64,000 nt of DNA. It comes from the human T2T-CHM13v2.0 reference genome, Homo sapiens. Numbering within the stretch: the stretch's first letter is position 1; each line of letters opens with the position of its first letter. Made by a program: the position numbers and the translations under genes. This document shows, in pieces, positions 1-13,199 of this stretch. Under the pieces are notes generated by a model. The model saw only the letters and a list, made by a program, of their open reading frames with translations, ran no database searches and was not told the origin of the DNA. Location of the stretch: NCBI RefSeq assembly GCF_009914755.1, contig NC_060940.1; one strand, given 5' to 3'.

Positions 1-205
1 TATCAAATAATCTCCATAATGGCATATAATTACAGACTGAGATAAGTGGTCTGAAGGACAAGAGCCCAATTCTATGAGAAGTTACTACAAAGGAGTCTGG
101 TGTAGACCATGAGAGAGGAACATGAAGGAAAGTCCCCGTCAAGTGAAGGACAGTTGAGATGAAATTAACTGGGAGGACCAAGGCAGATGACATTGAACCC
201 AGAGT

Positions 206-917
<712 letters not shown>

Positions 918-919
918 TT

Positions 920-1225
920 TTCAGGTTCCCTGAAAAAAGTGACATACAAACTGGAGCTTAAAGGATGAATAAAGCAGGAGGACAGAGGGAAGGAAAGGAA
1001 TTTTAGGCAGAGAATATATGCAAAGACTTGGAGGTGATGAAAAGCAAGGACACACCAAACAAAATTTGCTCAGTCTAGCAGGACTACAGAACCTGGTGAT
1101 GAAATGGAAAGAGATGAAGCCAGAGGGGTGGGAAGGAGTGGGAAGATGGTGTTTAGGTATGTTAAGCAGGGAGACTTTATCCTGAAGGCAAGTGTAAACC
1201 ACTGAAGGCTATTTGGGGCAGACTG
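920..1225 (-). mobile_element. L2 LINE fragment
   Basis: Diverged purine-rich L2-like text (GCAAAGACTTGGAGGTG, GACTTTATCCTGAAGGC). Confidence 0.55.
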
Positions 1226-1694
1226 GACTCAAAAGACATTGAGGGAAATTTTGAATGCCCTCTACCACCTTAGCCTCCAGAACATTTTCTACCTCAATAC
1301 TGCCCATGAAATAGCCTTGGTTGCAACTTAGGTTGGCATAGCAACTGATGATGTGGTTGTTTTCACCACAGCTTTATTTTTATTATCTCTATATTGTCAA
1401 GCTGGCCCTAAGTGTTTGGACAATCACAGAGCACTGGATGTGGGGAAGAGAGCTAGAAAGCCAGCCTCCCTCTGGCTGAAGAGTGAACAGCAAAAAGAGG
1501 TAATTTCTTTTACAAGACTGAGACCACTAACCAGTCCTCTGTGGCCTGACTAGTGACTACTTGTTTAAGCCAGTCAGGCCAGGCAAAATAACCTCTTCCC
1601 TGCAACTTATGCAATACATAGTGAGAGATATTACACTTGGGGCTTCAGAAAGAACTAATTTCTCTTATTTGAGTGTATGTGGGATATACAGTAT

Positions 1695-1895
1695 ATTTGA
1701 GTGTAGAGTCAGACCACTTGGGTTTAAATCCTGGCTTTATGACTTCAGGTAAATGAATTAATCGCGCTGTGCCTCAGTGTCCCTACCTGAGAAATGGGAC
1801 CTAGTTCAACAGGCTGCCATGAAGATTACACATTAAGTGTTCAGAACACTGTGTGGCACCTTATATGCATTCAAGAAATATTGACTATCATTATT
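1695..1895 (+). mobile_element. MIR SINE
   Basis: GAGTCAGAC...CTGTGCCTCAGTGTCCC...GAAATGGG MIR core. Confidence 0.8.
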
Positions 1896-2319
1896 AGTGT
1901 TTATTTGAAATATATCTCCTCACAACCTCTATCGTTCAAAAACTTCAAATATTTACATCATTCCCAATAGAGTAGGTATCATGCAGCAAATTAAACACCT
2001 GTAGCTACTGCATCATTTTCAAAGAAACTCCCTCTTAGAGTCCGTGGGAATCACTAAGCTTTGCTATTCAAAACCTGCCAAAATACCATTGAATGGCCCT
2101 ACTTCAACACAATTTGTTGATGGCTCCCAAGTACTTACAAAGTTTTCTTCCTGAGGGAGACCTGGGGCTTGTAGATTATGGGGCTCATCCACAATTGCTG
2201 GTGCAACCCAGAGTCTTTAAACTGGGGAAGATCCACAGAACATGAAAAGCAATAAACTATTGTTGTTTTAGCCCACTGTTTCAAAGTGGTTAGTCAGGAA
2301 GACACAACTGATAGAGGGA

Positions 2320-2539
2320 ACAGACAGATTCCTCGCGACGCCTCCAGAGATTCTGACTCATGAAGTCTGGGGTAGGGCCTGGGTAGCTACTGTTAACTTA
2401 TCTCCCCAGGTGATTCTAATTTACTTGGTTTCCATCAGGGTTCCCCCCAACCCTTCCTGATGATAAGAATCACCTGGAGATTCCTAGACCCTCACCCAGG
2501 CCTTCTGAACCAGAAAGTCCAGTGGGGAGCTCTGGGAAT
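2320..2539. mobile_element. MER5-family hAT-Charlie fragments
   Basis: AGATTCTGACTC, CCCCAGGTGATTCT, AGAATCACCTGG motifs. Confidence 0.7.
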
Positions 2540-3152
2540 TGAGAGACTGAATATACAGGTGGACAAAGGCTAGACCATAATAAAAATTGAATTCTGACCC
2601 ATTCTCTGTAGCAAACTCTCCAGGAAGCCAAACAACAACTCCTGTAGCCATCGGCTCAGACGAACCAGGACTTAATCAATAACTGACAGTTTTCCTAGTT
2701 CTTTTTATTTATTATTATTTTTTGTAAAGATGGGAGTCTTACTATGTTGCCCATTCTGGCCTCAAACTCCTGGGCTCAAGCGATCCTCCCACCTCAGCCT
2801 CCCAAAGTGTTGAGAACTCAAGCTCGAGCCACTGCACCTGGCCCAATTTCCTTAATTCTTGGCCTTGCTTCCAATTTAAGACCAACCAGAGAAAGTCAAA
2901 CATGCCCCCTAACAAATCACATAGGATTTCCTGCCCCTAGTTAACTTGCCTCTAGCTTCCTCTGGCCAGCAGCCTCCACTCAGGGCACACCTGAAGTCTC
3001 CCCTGCTTCCCGCCTCTACAGCCTCCCCACTCCTCTGCCTACCTTTGAGCCTCTACCAAACAAAAGTGAGGATGGCTGACTCCCTTGCTGGAGCAAGCCC
3101 CAAATAAATATCCTTTGCTTGTTCTCATTTAGGTGGTCTTTTAAAAATTACA
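2540..3152 (+). mobile_element. ERV1-class solo LTR (MER90/MER110-like), with FLAM insertion
   Basis: TG start, GGACCAACCAGAGAAAG-type core, AATAAA near 3104, CA end; splits a MER5 element. Confidence 0.5.
2702..2843 (-). mobile_element. FLAM (free left Alu monomer)
   Basis: Single antisense Alu monomer with T-rich tail. Confidence 0.85.
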
Positions 3153-3224
3153 ACTGAATTTATAGATTTGATAAAAACAAGTGATTCTTATCATATGGAA
3201 AATTTGGAAAACACTCTCCCAGAC

Positions 3225-3680
3225 CCTTGCTGCTCAAAATGTGATTCCCAGAACAACAGCAGCAGCATTGAAATGTAGAATCTCAGTCCCCTCCCCAGAC
3301 TTACTGATTTTTAACAAGAACCCCCAGGTGATCCTCCAGCACACCAAAGTGTAAAAAGCATTAACCAGGAGCATTGATCAAGTCAGTGGGTCTCAACCCT
3401 GGGTGCACATTAGAATCCTCTGGGCCTGATTAATTGGTCCTGGGTAGGACTTACACATCAGTGGTCGTAAAAGCTCTCCGGTTGATTCTTATGTGCAGCC
3501 AGTGCTGAGAATCATAGATGTAGGACAAGGGTTCCCACACTTTGGGCTATGTCAGAATCATCTGGAGAACTCACCAAGTACACAGAGGTCCTGACTTGAT
3601 AAAAGAGGATGCGCCTGGGCCTTGTTTATCTTACCAAGTTCCCAGGTGATTCTGAAACTGACCAAAGTATGAAAACTGAT
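3225..3680. mobile_element. Three adjacent MER5-family elements
   Basis: Units at about 3225-3362, 3384-3515 and 3527-3680, each with CTCAA...GGTGATTCT...GAGAA-type termini. Confidence 0.7.
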
Positions 3681-3968
3681 CTAGGAGAAGTGCTCTAAGG
3701 GAAAGAATCCCATGGTGACCTCCTTGGAACTCCAAGGAGGGTGAGACGGTTCTTGTTTCTTCCCAATATCTTCTCCTTCCTCAATTCGACTTGGCCAGCA
3801 CCATGGCTCATAAAGTTTATGGAATGAAAGAACTCAGAACTGGAGGGAACTGAAGGCATCTTCAAGTACAGAAAACAGGGATTTGTCAGCCAAATTCAGC
3901 TCATGACTGTGCATTTTTTTTAATTAGATAGTTTTATGGTTTTTAAGGTTTAAATCCATTGCCAACAC

Positions 3969-4260
<292 letters not shown>

Positions 4261-4699
4261 ACCAACATTTTTTAAAAGGAGATTGAATTTTCAGATTCTT
4301 CTGGAAGATCAAAGACCTAGCAATAGTAGACTACATTCCTACATGACTGCAATTGGCCAGAACAGCCCCTTAAAATGCAGCATGTGCTCACCAGTTTGCC
4401 ACCGTCCCTGCCTGATCCACATCACTCATTTTTGTTACCCGCTTGGCCCTGCGAGCATCTAATTTGGAGTCTTTCTTTATATAGAGAGAGTCCAACCTCG
4501 CCTTTTGTGGAAGAAAAAACCGAGCCCTATACTCCAGTGGAAGCTGTTTGTCCAACGTCCCTCACTTATGGCCAGAGCTGAGACGGGTCAAAATTCTGAC
4601 TGCTTTTTGCTTGTAGGGGGTTGGGGATTCTGTTGGGTTAGTGTCTCCCTTCCTGAGATCCCAGCCAGAGGCCAAAGACCTAGAGATCCTCAGTTCCCA

Positions 4700-4935
4700 C
4701 TTAGAATCCAGGGCAAAGCTCTCTGAAGCACTTTGCTCTTGGCTTTTGGGCTGTCACCTACTAAGACACACCTATGCAGCAATTTACTTAGCCTCTCTAC
4801 GTGTCAACAAACTCATCTACACAATGAGAGTAACAACAGTGCCTGATCTATAGGGTTGTTTTGAGGGTTAAATTACACTGTGTTTGTAAACCATTATTCT
4901 GGCACTTGAGACATAGGAAGGGCTCCATAAGTGAA
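4700..4935 (+). mobile_element. MIR SINE (diverged)
   Basis: CTCATCTACACAATGAG...ATAGGGTTGTTTTGAGGGTTAAAT. Confidence 0.65.
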
Positions 4936-5094
4936 CGTTAAATAACATTAATGATTTTTTTTCAACATATGTGCTCATCTGAGAGCACCACCACTGTCCA
5001 GCTTTAAAATGGTCTTCAGTTTCTGCCTGTCTCAAACTGACTCAGAAAGCAGTGTGTTGAGAGAGCCACCTATTGGAGAATAGCATTAGGCAAA

Positions 5095-5240
5095 GCTCTT
5101 AAAATGTGCTAAGCCTCAGCTTTTTGTCATCTGTAAAGTAGGGATAATAATAGCACTTACTCCTTAGAGTTGCCGTGAAGTTTAAATGAGATAATGCATG
5201 TAACAGCGTTGCTTATCAAGTGCCTAGCTCCCAATCAATA
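5095..5240 (+). mobile_element. MIR SINE
   Basis: AGCCTCAG...CATCTGTAAAGTAGGGATAATAATAG...AAATGAGATAATGCATGTAA. Confidence 0.8.
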
Positions 5241-5267
5241 ACCTTGGGGTTTTGACTCCTTGAAGCA

Positions 5268-5287
5268 GAGTCACCACCTAGTGGCAT
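5268..5287 (-). promoter_or_regulatory. Candidate CTCF motif
   Basis: Minus strand TGCCACTAGGTGGTGACT versus consensus CCASYAGRKGGCRSY; motif match only. Confidence 0.4.
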
Positions 5288-5326
5288 TAAGAGAGTAAGT
5301 AACTCCAGGCTTTGCAGGGCATAAGA

Positions 5327-5620
5327 GAAAACCATCATTCTCAGCAAACTATCGCAAGGATAAAAAACCAAACACCGCATGTTCTCACTCATAGGTGGGA
5401 ATTGAACAATGAGAACACATGGACACAGGAAGGGAAACATCACACACCGGGGACTGTTGTGGGGTGGGGGGAGGGGGAGGGATAGCATTAGGAGATATAC
5501 TTAATGCTAAATGATGAGTTAATGGGTGCAGCACACCAACATGGCACATGTATACATATGTAACAAACCTGCACGTTGTGCACATGTACCCTAAAACTTA
5601 AAGTATAATAATAAAAAAAA
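5327..5620 (+). mobile_element. L1PA (about PA3-PA5) 3' end, 5'-truncated
   Basis: CATTCTCAGCAAACTATCGCAAGG...GTACCCTAAAACTTAAAGTATAATAATAAAA; G-rich 3'UTR tract. Confidence 0.95.
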
Positions 5621-5869
5621 AGAATGGCAAAAATACAGCCCCCCATGAGTGGTGGGTACAGAGGTCTGATTTGACTGTGGAAGTCAAATTCAGGAAGTGA
5701 CTGGCCCCTCCATGAGCTTAGGAGTTGTCCCCAAGTTCATCCCCGGACCACTCTCTGCCATTGCACTCCATTCTCCATGAACACACTGGCTTTTCAGCTT
5801 GTTTGGGAATTCTCCTCTTGACCTTGGAGTCTGGAATGAACTTCCTGGCACCTGGGTTTGCTTCTTGGT

Positions 5870-6720
5870 TGTCTCAGTCATTGAGGCTGCTATCACAGAG
5901 CACCATAGACTGGGTGGCTTAAACAACAAAGTTCTTGAAGCTGGAAGTCTGAGATTAGGGTGCCAGCATGTTGGGTTCTTGGTGAAGGCTCTCTTCCTGG
6001 TTATGACCTTACAGGGTCTTTCCTTGGTGAGTGCAAGGAGACAGAGGGACAAGGGAGGAAGTGGGAGGGGAGGGAGGGGGAAGGAGAGAATGGAGAGATG
6101 GAGAGATGGAGGCAAGGAAGGGGAATAAGAAGGGGCAGAAGGAAGGTGAGGGGGAGATATCTTCTGTGTCTTTTAAATTTTTTTCATTTTTGTGGGTACA
6201 TAGCAGCTGTATATATTTATGGGGTACATGAGATGTTTTGGGATAGGCATGCAATGTGCAATAATCACATAACAGAAAATGGGGAATCCATCCCCTTGAG
6301 CATTTATCCTTTTTGTTACAAACAATCCAATTATACTCATGGTTATTTTTAAACGTGCAGTTAAATTATTTTGACTATAGTCACCCTGTTGCGCTATCAC
6401 ATACTAGGTATTAATAATCACAGCATGGAAAATGGGGTATTCATCCCCTCAAACATGTATCCTTTGTGATTACAAACAATCCAATTATACTCTTTTAGTT
6501 ATTTTAAAATGCAAAGTTAAATTATTATTGTGTGCCTTCCTCTTTTAATAAGAACCCTAATCTCACCATGAGGGCTCCACTCTCATGACCTAATCTAACC
6601 CTAATCACCTCCTGAAGCTTGGGAGACATGGTATTTAACCATGTTCAAATACCATCACACTGGAGGTTAGAGTTTCAACATATTAATTTTGGGGGGTATG
6701 AAAACATTCCATCCATAACA
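5870..6720 (-). mobile_element. MLT1A-like MaLR LTR, interrupted by L1MA
   Basis: GGCTGCTATCACAGAGCACCATAGACTGGGTGGCTTAAACAAC...CATGACCTAATC...CCATAACA. Confidence 0.8.
6173..6530 (-). mobile_element. L1MA 3' end with internal duplication
   Basis: TTTTTGTGGGTACATAG...ACAAACAATCCAATTATAC; approximate TSD TGTG(T/C)CTT at 6165 and 6531. Confidence 0.9.
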
Positions 6721-7324
6721 ATGGTTACTTGGCTTACTGTTTGACCACTAGCTTGGTTAAGGTGGCCGGTTTCTGGACCCAACTATTTAGTTCATGGGTA
6801 GACCCGAATTTGACTGTGTGCCATTCTCATGGCTGAAGCCAGCTGGTCTTCCCTAGCATGGATAAGAGCTGCTCTTCTCCACTTCACAATGTGGCCAGCT
6901 AGAGATGCTCTTGCCCTTCCATAAGAGCCCTGGAAACTGCCCCTGTCCTGCCCAGAAAAACCCAAACCACAGTAAGGTGGCATCATCTACTCACTGTAAG
7001 CCACTCATCAGTCTACAAAAGTCCCCTGTGCTGGTTTCTAACAAGGTCACTTGAGGCTCCCCTTCTCTTCCACTATCCTCACCCTGTTTCTTACTTCTCC
7101 CCAAGCAGAAGCCATCATCAAGAGCAAGATATTCTTTCTGCAAAGAGAAAGAGTGCTGTTAGGATGAGTTGAGTTTGAGGATATCTTATTTTTTCCCACC
7201 ATCCAAAAAACAGACAGGGAGAGCCATGCCATGTGAATGGTGTCTCTCTCCACCCTTTCTCTTCCTCCCAGTTTCTTTATTAAGACAGATAGAGGGGACT
7301 ATACCCACGAAGAAGAAAACAGAA

Positions 7325-8060
7325 ATTCATTCATTTCTTTCTTTCAATAAATATATAATAATCACCTACTATGAGCCAGGAACTGTTCTAGCTGCTAGAG
7401 ATCCAGCTGAGAACAAAACAGACAAACATCCATCATCCCTGGACCTGAATTTCAAAGCAGAGATGGACAACAAATCAGATAAATAATGAAAACACATAGT
7501 GTGTTAGTGATAGGTGCTAAGGAAGAAAAAAACCAGGGAAATGAGAAGGTGACATTTGGATACAGACCTGGAAGTGGCAAAGGAGCCAAACATATGGATA
7601 TTTGGGAGAAGAACATTCCAGGTAGAGGAAAGAGCAAGTGCAAAGCCCTGAGATGAGACTGTGGGTTGTTCCAGGAGCAATAAGGAGGCCATTGTGTCTG
7701 GGGTGAGTCAGGGTAGAACTGTGGTCAAAGGGGGACTGCATGGGCTGGAAGGTGAAGGTCTTGTCACCCTCTGAAATGGGAAGCACTGGGGAGATGATGA
7801 ACAGAGGAGTGACATGATTAAATTAAGCAAAATTAATTTAAATTAATCTAAATGTTTAATTTAGATTAATTATGCTTAATTTAACTGGAGCCAGAGTGAC
7901 AGGGGTCACTCTGCTTGCTCTGTGGAGAATGAATTGAAGGGAGCAAGAATGAAGCAAAAAGTCCACTTAGGAGGCAAAAGGTGATGGTGGCTTAGACAAG
8001 AGAGGATGCAGTGGAGAAGGTTAGAAGTGGTAGGGATCTGAAAATGACTTTGGCAATGAG
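7325..8060 (-). mobile_element. L2 LINE 3' region
   Basis: TTCATTCATT tail then CACCTACTATGAGCCAGG, AGGTGACATTTG, GTGCAAAGCCCTGAG. Confidence 0.8.
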
Positions 8061-8129
8061 TCTTACAGAGGAGTCAACACTTCTCATGCGCAGTGCTTAC
8101 TACTGGTGCAATTAATTGCACAATCATTT

Positions 8130-8252
8130 GTTTTCTATCCATTTCATCTGACAGACTGTGATCTCTTTGTTGTCAGGAACCATGCCTGTCTTTTTGATTC
8201 TGTGTCTCAGAGCCCAGCACAGTGCCTGACACTGAGTGGGTACTCAATGAAT
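8130..8252 (+). mobile_element. L2 3' end
   Basis: AGACTGTGATCTC...CCCAGCACAGTGCCTGACACTGAGTGGGTACTCAATGAATG. Confidence 0.75.
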
Positions 8253-8581
8253 GGATGGATGGGTAGATAGGCAGATGAGTAGATGGACAGATGGATGAAT
8301 GGATAGCTAGATGTGTGGATGCATGCATGGAAGGATGAATGAGTGGATGGATGGATGGATGGATGGATGGATGGATGGATGGATGGATGCATGGATGGAT
8401 GGATGCATGGATGGATGCATGGATGGATGGATGGATGCATGGATGGATGGATGGATGGATAGATGCATGGATAGATGGATGGATGCATGGATAGATGGAT
8501 GGATAGATGAGTGGATGGATGGACGGATGGGTGGATGGATGGATGGATGGATGGATGGATGGATGGATGGACGGACGAATG
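8248..8581. repeat. (GGAT)n / (GGATGCAT) imperfect microsatellite
   Basis: Direct reading. Confidence 0.95.
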
Positions 8582-9593
8582 ACAAGGATGGTTTCCCCAC
8601 TTCCCCTTGTTCAAACTATAGAGTTTTGAGTAGTCCATTTTAGAACAATTCATGGAGCTCACCACCGACATAAGGATATTCCAGCAATGCCCCAACTTAA
8701 AAAAAAAAAAGAAGAAATAAATAAATAAATGTTGTGGGCATAGCTGAAGCCCTAAGGAGGCAAGGAGCCTCATCACATGCCTGGGAGAAGCTAGAACTGG
8801 AGCCTCTCTTCCTCTTTAGTCATCCCAACTGAGGTGAGAGACATTCTAAAAACTGAGATTTGGACACTCAGGGGAATTTTTAGTTTGTGTGAAGCATCTG
8901 CTCACTTAGAGCTTGGTTCATGGATCTTTTTGTAAGCACGTTTTACATAACCTTGCATAAATAGGACTCTCGGGACCATACCTGTCCCATATATAGTAAG
9001 TATTCCCAGGAGACCAGGGAGAAGGGCTGCCAACCAGGGGGAAATACCTGAAGGGCTTGCTGTCTGGGTGACATTGAGAAAAGTTTGTGCCTCATGTGGG
9101 TGTTATATTCAAAAACTTATCCAAGGACACCTTCCTCCTCCACTGCCCCAGGAAACAACCTTTTTATTGTTAAATGTCCAGGCTCCCAGGGGACACCAAG
9201 CCCTGCCCAGACTGTTTTCCTGGCTGTACCTTTCCTATAGCCACAAGGAGACTGGAGAAAGAAAGTTTATCAAAAATAAAACCCACTTTGACTACTTCAG
9301 CAGACGATGTCCCAGGAATGGTTAGTCATGCAATTCCAAGTCTGGATTTAGTCTGGCCACAAAAGCTTCTTCTATTCCGCACAGTCATTAGCAACCCTGA
9401 AATCAATAGACTGCCCATGCCAGCCCTAAGAAATGCAAAAACAGTCATAGCCACAGCTCTAGTTAAGCTACCGTGGTGTTTTAGGAGCTCACAGAGGGAG
9501 GCGGTGGGGAGAGCGGCAATCAAATGATTGGATATTTTCCCCTTTATCTTAAAGATATTTGAATTGCAGTTTAAGTGGCTGTGAGGGTCTTTA

Positions 9594-9633
9594 ATCTCTC
9601 TTTCTGTTTCTGTCCCTCTCTGTCTCTCTCTGC

Positions 9634-9682
<49 letters not shown>
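9594..9682. repeat. (CT)n-(CA)n compound microsatellite
   Basis: Direct reading. Confidence 0.95.
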
Positions 9683-9684
<2 letters not shown>

Positions 9685-10229
9685 TTAGTCTGTATATCTC
9701 TTTTGCTTTTATATGTTGCATTGGCAAGCATATACAATGATAATGGTGCCTGAGACTGTTAGCCAAAGAGAGAAAAAAAGTCTGCATGAGGAAAAAACAA
9801 AAGATTCACAGCTGGATCAAAAGTTCAAGGGGGTATCTTAAGTTATGGTTAAGATGCAGCAACAAGAAGTAATTGCCTGCTTGCCATACCAAAAAAAGAC
9901 AAAAATGCTTACTTTCAAAATGGAGAAATCAGCCCATATATTTTAATTTGCCTGTAAAAAAAATTTAACAAAACAAAAACCTCTCATAGAAATCTACAAA
10001 GAAATATACAAATAAGTAAATACTTTCATTTATAAAAATATGTTTTAAATGAGTATTTATTGGTACCAAATATGTTATATATTGTTAAGGGAAGAAATGA
10101 AATAAAACAACATGAGACTTTCGTTTCTAATAATCTAATAGGTTGGACATCTTGGGAAAACCCCGGGCACAAAACATGTAGAAATTCTTCTAAATGAATA
10201 TATGAACAGCATCCAAATAGCATAAATTC

Positions 10230-11655
10230 CCAGATGTCAAAATATGAAGTGGGAGCTGAAAAGCAGAGTGACAAGTTGACACTGAGGCTATAGCAGGCCT
10301 AGAGGCATTTGCCAATCTCAGTAATCAAGAGGTTTTTTACAGTTTTACAGATTTTAGCAGTCAGATGAAGACAAATGACCAAAGTCCTTGACCTGCCCAT
10401 GGTAGGAATATACCCACACAAGGTCAGGACCCTCAAAGGGCTATTCTTTTGATGAGAGGTTTGCCTAGAAAATAATTCACCCACTGGCAAAGGAATAAGA
10501 CTGAGGACACCTGTTGAAATCAGTTCAATTCAAAAGGAAAAATATTTCCCTGACAGTTCTTTACCATAGAGTCATTCTCATGTGGATCTGAGATTCAAAT
10601 TATGCTTTCCACATGGCCTGGAAAACCCCAGCAGAAAAATTAGAAGAGTAAGTCCACACTGGTAGCCCTTCAGAGTACCTAGAAGAAAAAAGTGCAAATT
10701 CTCCCTGGAGGTACCCACCCTTAACCCAGGTCACCCAGGAATCCACAGATAATACCTTACTAAACATTAGCTCAATAGCAAAAACTAAAAAATACACAAA
10801 AGAATAACCATGAATGAAAATAAGTAGAAACAATGAAGAACACAAGAACTTTAGACCCCAAAGAACTCTGCAATGTAGAATTATCAAGTTCAGAGTATGA
10901 AATATATATTTTTAAAAAGGAGAAAAAATGAAATATTCAAAAACAGAGGTAAGAGTGAAAAATAATCAAATATAACTCTTGGAAATTAAAAATAATTTAA
11001 ATTAAAAACCCAGTGAACAAATAAACCAAAAGACTGTAAACAAATGAAGAGAAAATAATGGCCTAGAAAATAGACCTGAATAAACTACCTAGAATATTGC
11101 ACAAAGAGATAAAGAATATAAAATTATGGAGTGGTTAAGAGACACTGATTCTAGAATACGTATTTAATCATATTGCCTAAATAAGGGAATATAATGAAGA
11201 AAAACAACCCTTGCAGAGAGAATAAATGAGGATTTTCCAAACTGACAAAGAAATTAACCCTCGGACTCAGAAAGCATACAAATACAAACTGTTTTTTTTT
11301 TAAATTCACACCTGCGCACATTGCAATGAAATTGAAAAATACTCAAACTACTCCCCATTGCCAAAGAAAAAGATATTAAAGCCAGCCGAAATTAAAGACA
11401 AAGCAATGGAGTTTGAGTAGCAGAAGACTTTCAATAGCAGCAATGGAAAATTGAAGATAATAGAATGAGATCTTAAATGTGCTGAAAGAAAATAGCTGTC
11501 AACTTAGAATTGTATACCTAGCTAAACTATCATTCTCTAACAGGAACTAAATAATGCCATTGAAGAAAAATAAAATATCTTCATTAGGAAATTAAAGGAA
11601 GTATTTTAGGAAGAAAGAATGTGAATCCCAAAAGAAAGGACCAAATTAAACAAGG
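10230..11655 (+). mobile_element. Ancient L1M 5'UTR/ORF1 remnant
   Basis: A-rich; 11470-11540 resembles the L1 ORF1 C-terminus (VLKENSCQLRIVYLAKLSF versus recalled VLKEKNCQPRILYPAKLSF); many stops. Confidence 0.7.
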
Positions 11656-13199
11656 AAATCCACAAACAAGTATCAGGTTTGTGGATTTAGTGGTCTTATG
11701 TAAGTTTGGTCAAAATCATAACAGCATAAGACATCTCAATGGTGTCATAAAGTGGAGATGAACACTTGCTCCTTTTGCAGATGCTAATGCATGCAAAAGT
11801 TCCCCTCTGATACATGCTGGTCCAGAAAATCTTTTGCCATCAGAACTTTAGAAAGTTTTTTTCTGACTATGTTATACAGTTCCTTCCATTGCTCCTAGGG
11901 TACTCTTCCCTCTGGATGAACTCAACCTTAAACTTTATCCTCCCTCAAAGCTACAGAACTGTTAATTTTCCAGACAACCCTTCAAATCTACACGCCAGTT
12001 TCCTACTCAACTGATTGCAATTCTGAATAAATCAGCCTGATATCTAAAATGAGTAGAAAGTGGGTTCAAGTAATCTGTTTTGTATTAATCACAATTTCTT
12101 TTGCCTTATGAAGACATTTGCCAAGAGAAAAGTAAGACTGTTGGCAGCTTTTATTAATTTTTCCCCATTGGTCTTTGATTTCATGAATAGAATTGCTAAA
12201 GATCAAAGAACTTGAGATAAATTTTCCAGTAATAAGTCATCTAAACGGTCTGTATCTTTATTTCACTAGAGGAACAAGAAAAATTAAGACAAGTTTGGGG
12301 ACAGATCAAATCTCTCTCCATTTTTTTAAAAAACAAGGTTGTATTACAGCCAAGTCCTCTAACTTAGACATTGGTAACTTGATACTCTTCTCCATGAATT
12401 GAGTCCATGTCATTCTGCTATAAAAAATAGGAAGAGAAGCATATGCTCATATGCTGAGGACATGGTTGTAATACCCTATACCAAGATTTACTGCCATGAA
12501 TCTCATGAGACAAGTAACTCTGGTGCTTAACTGCAATAAAAAGAGATAGCTTGATGTCAGTCTTGTAAACCTGAAAATTATTGTCTTGGTAGACATTCCC
12601 CAAATTCATTAGATCAATATTAAATGACTCTCTACAGCAAGTTAACATGTTTTAGTACCTGTGAATATTTTGCTGCTAACTCAACCTGGCATACTCATAG
12701 GGAGATAGTGTTTGTTAAAGTCAAATGTTTTTTGGAAACATGACTGAGGTTTTTCTAGTCCATGCAAAAATAACAGTATGAACAAATTCATAAAGGTGAG
12801 AAAACATGGCTTGTTCAAGAACTGTGAATATTGCTACTAAATGAATTTTAGGGTGGAAAGCAGTATATTAAATTGGAGAAATAAGTAGGAATCCATTCAC
12901 AAAGACTGTATTAAGCCATGCTGACAAATTGGAACTTTATCTAATAACTAGATTTTCCACCCAAAGGGTTTTGCTCTGGGAAGCAGCATAAAAACACTGC
13001 ATGCCAGAAAGTATGGAATGTATCCAATGCAGTATACAAGGTAAATTTATAGCCTTAAATAATACTAATGTTTAAAGAGAAGAAAAAACATTTCATCCTA
13101 GAATTTCGAAAGAGAAAAATAATTATGCTCAAACAAAAATAAAACCAAAGAAATAACTGGGCTCTCAAATCACATTTTATACCTCATGTTTTATCTGTG

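Noticed and set aside
5458-5482. G-quadruplex-like tract
   Set aside because: Standard L1 3'UTR G-tract.
8106-8121. 16-bp palindrome GTGCAATTAATTGCAC
   Set aside because: About one palindrome of this length is expected by chance in 64 kb.
8207-8776. 189-aa ORF and overlapping ORFs with PSIH/GWMD repeats
   Set aside because: Translation of the (GGAT)n microsatellite, not a gene.
9326-9787. 153-aa minus-strand ORF
   Set aside because: Runs through the (TG)n/(AG)n microsatellite; no homology recognised.
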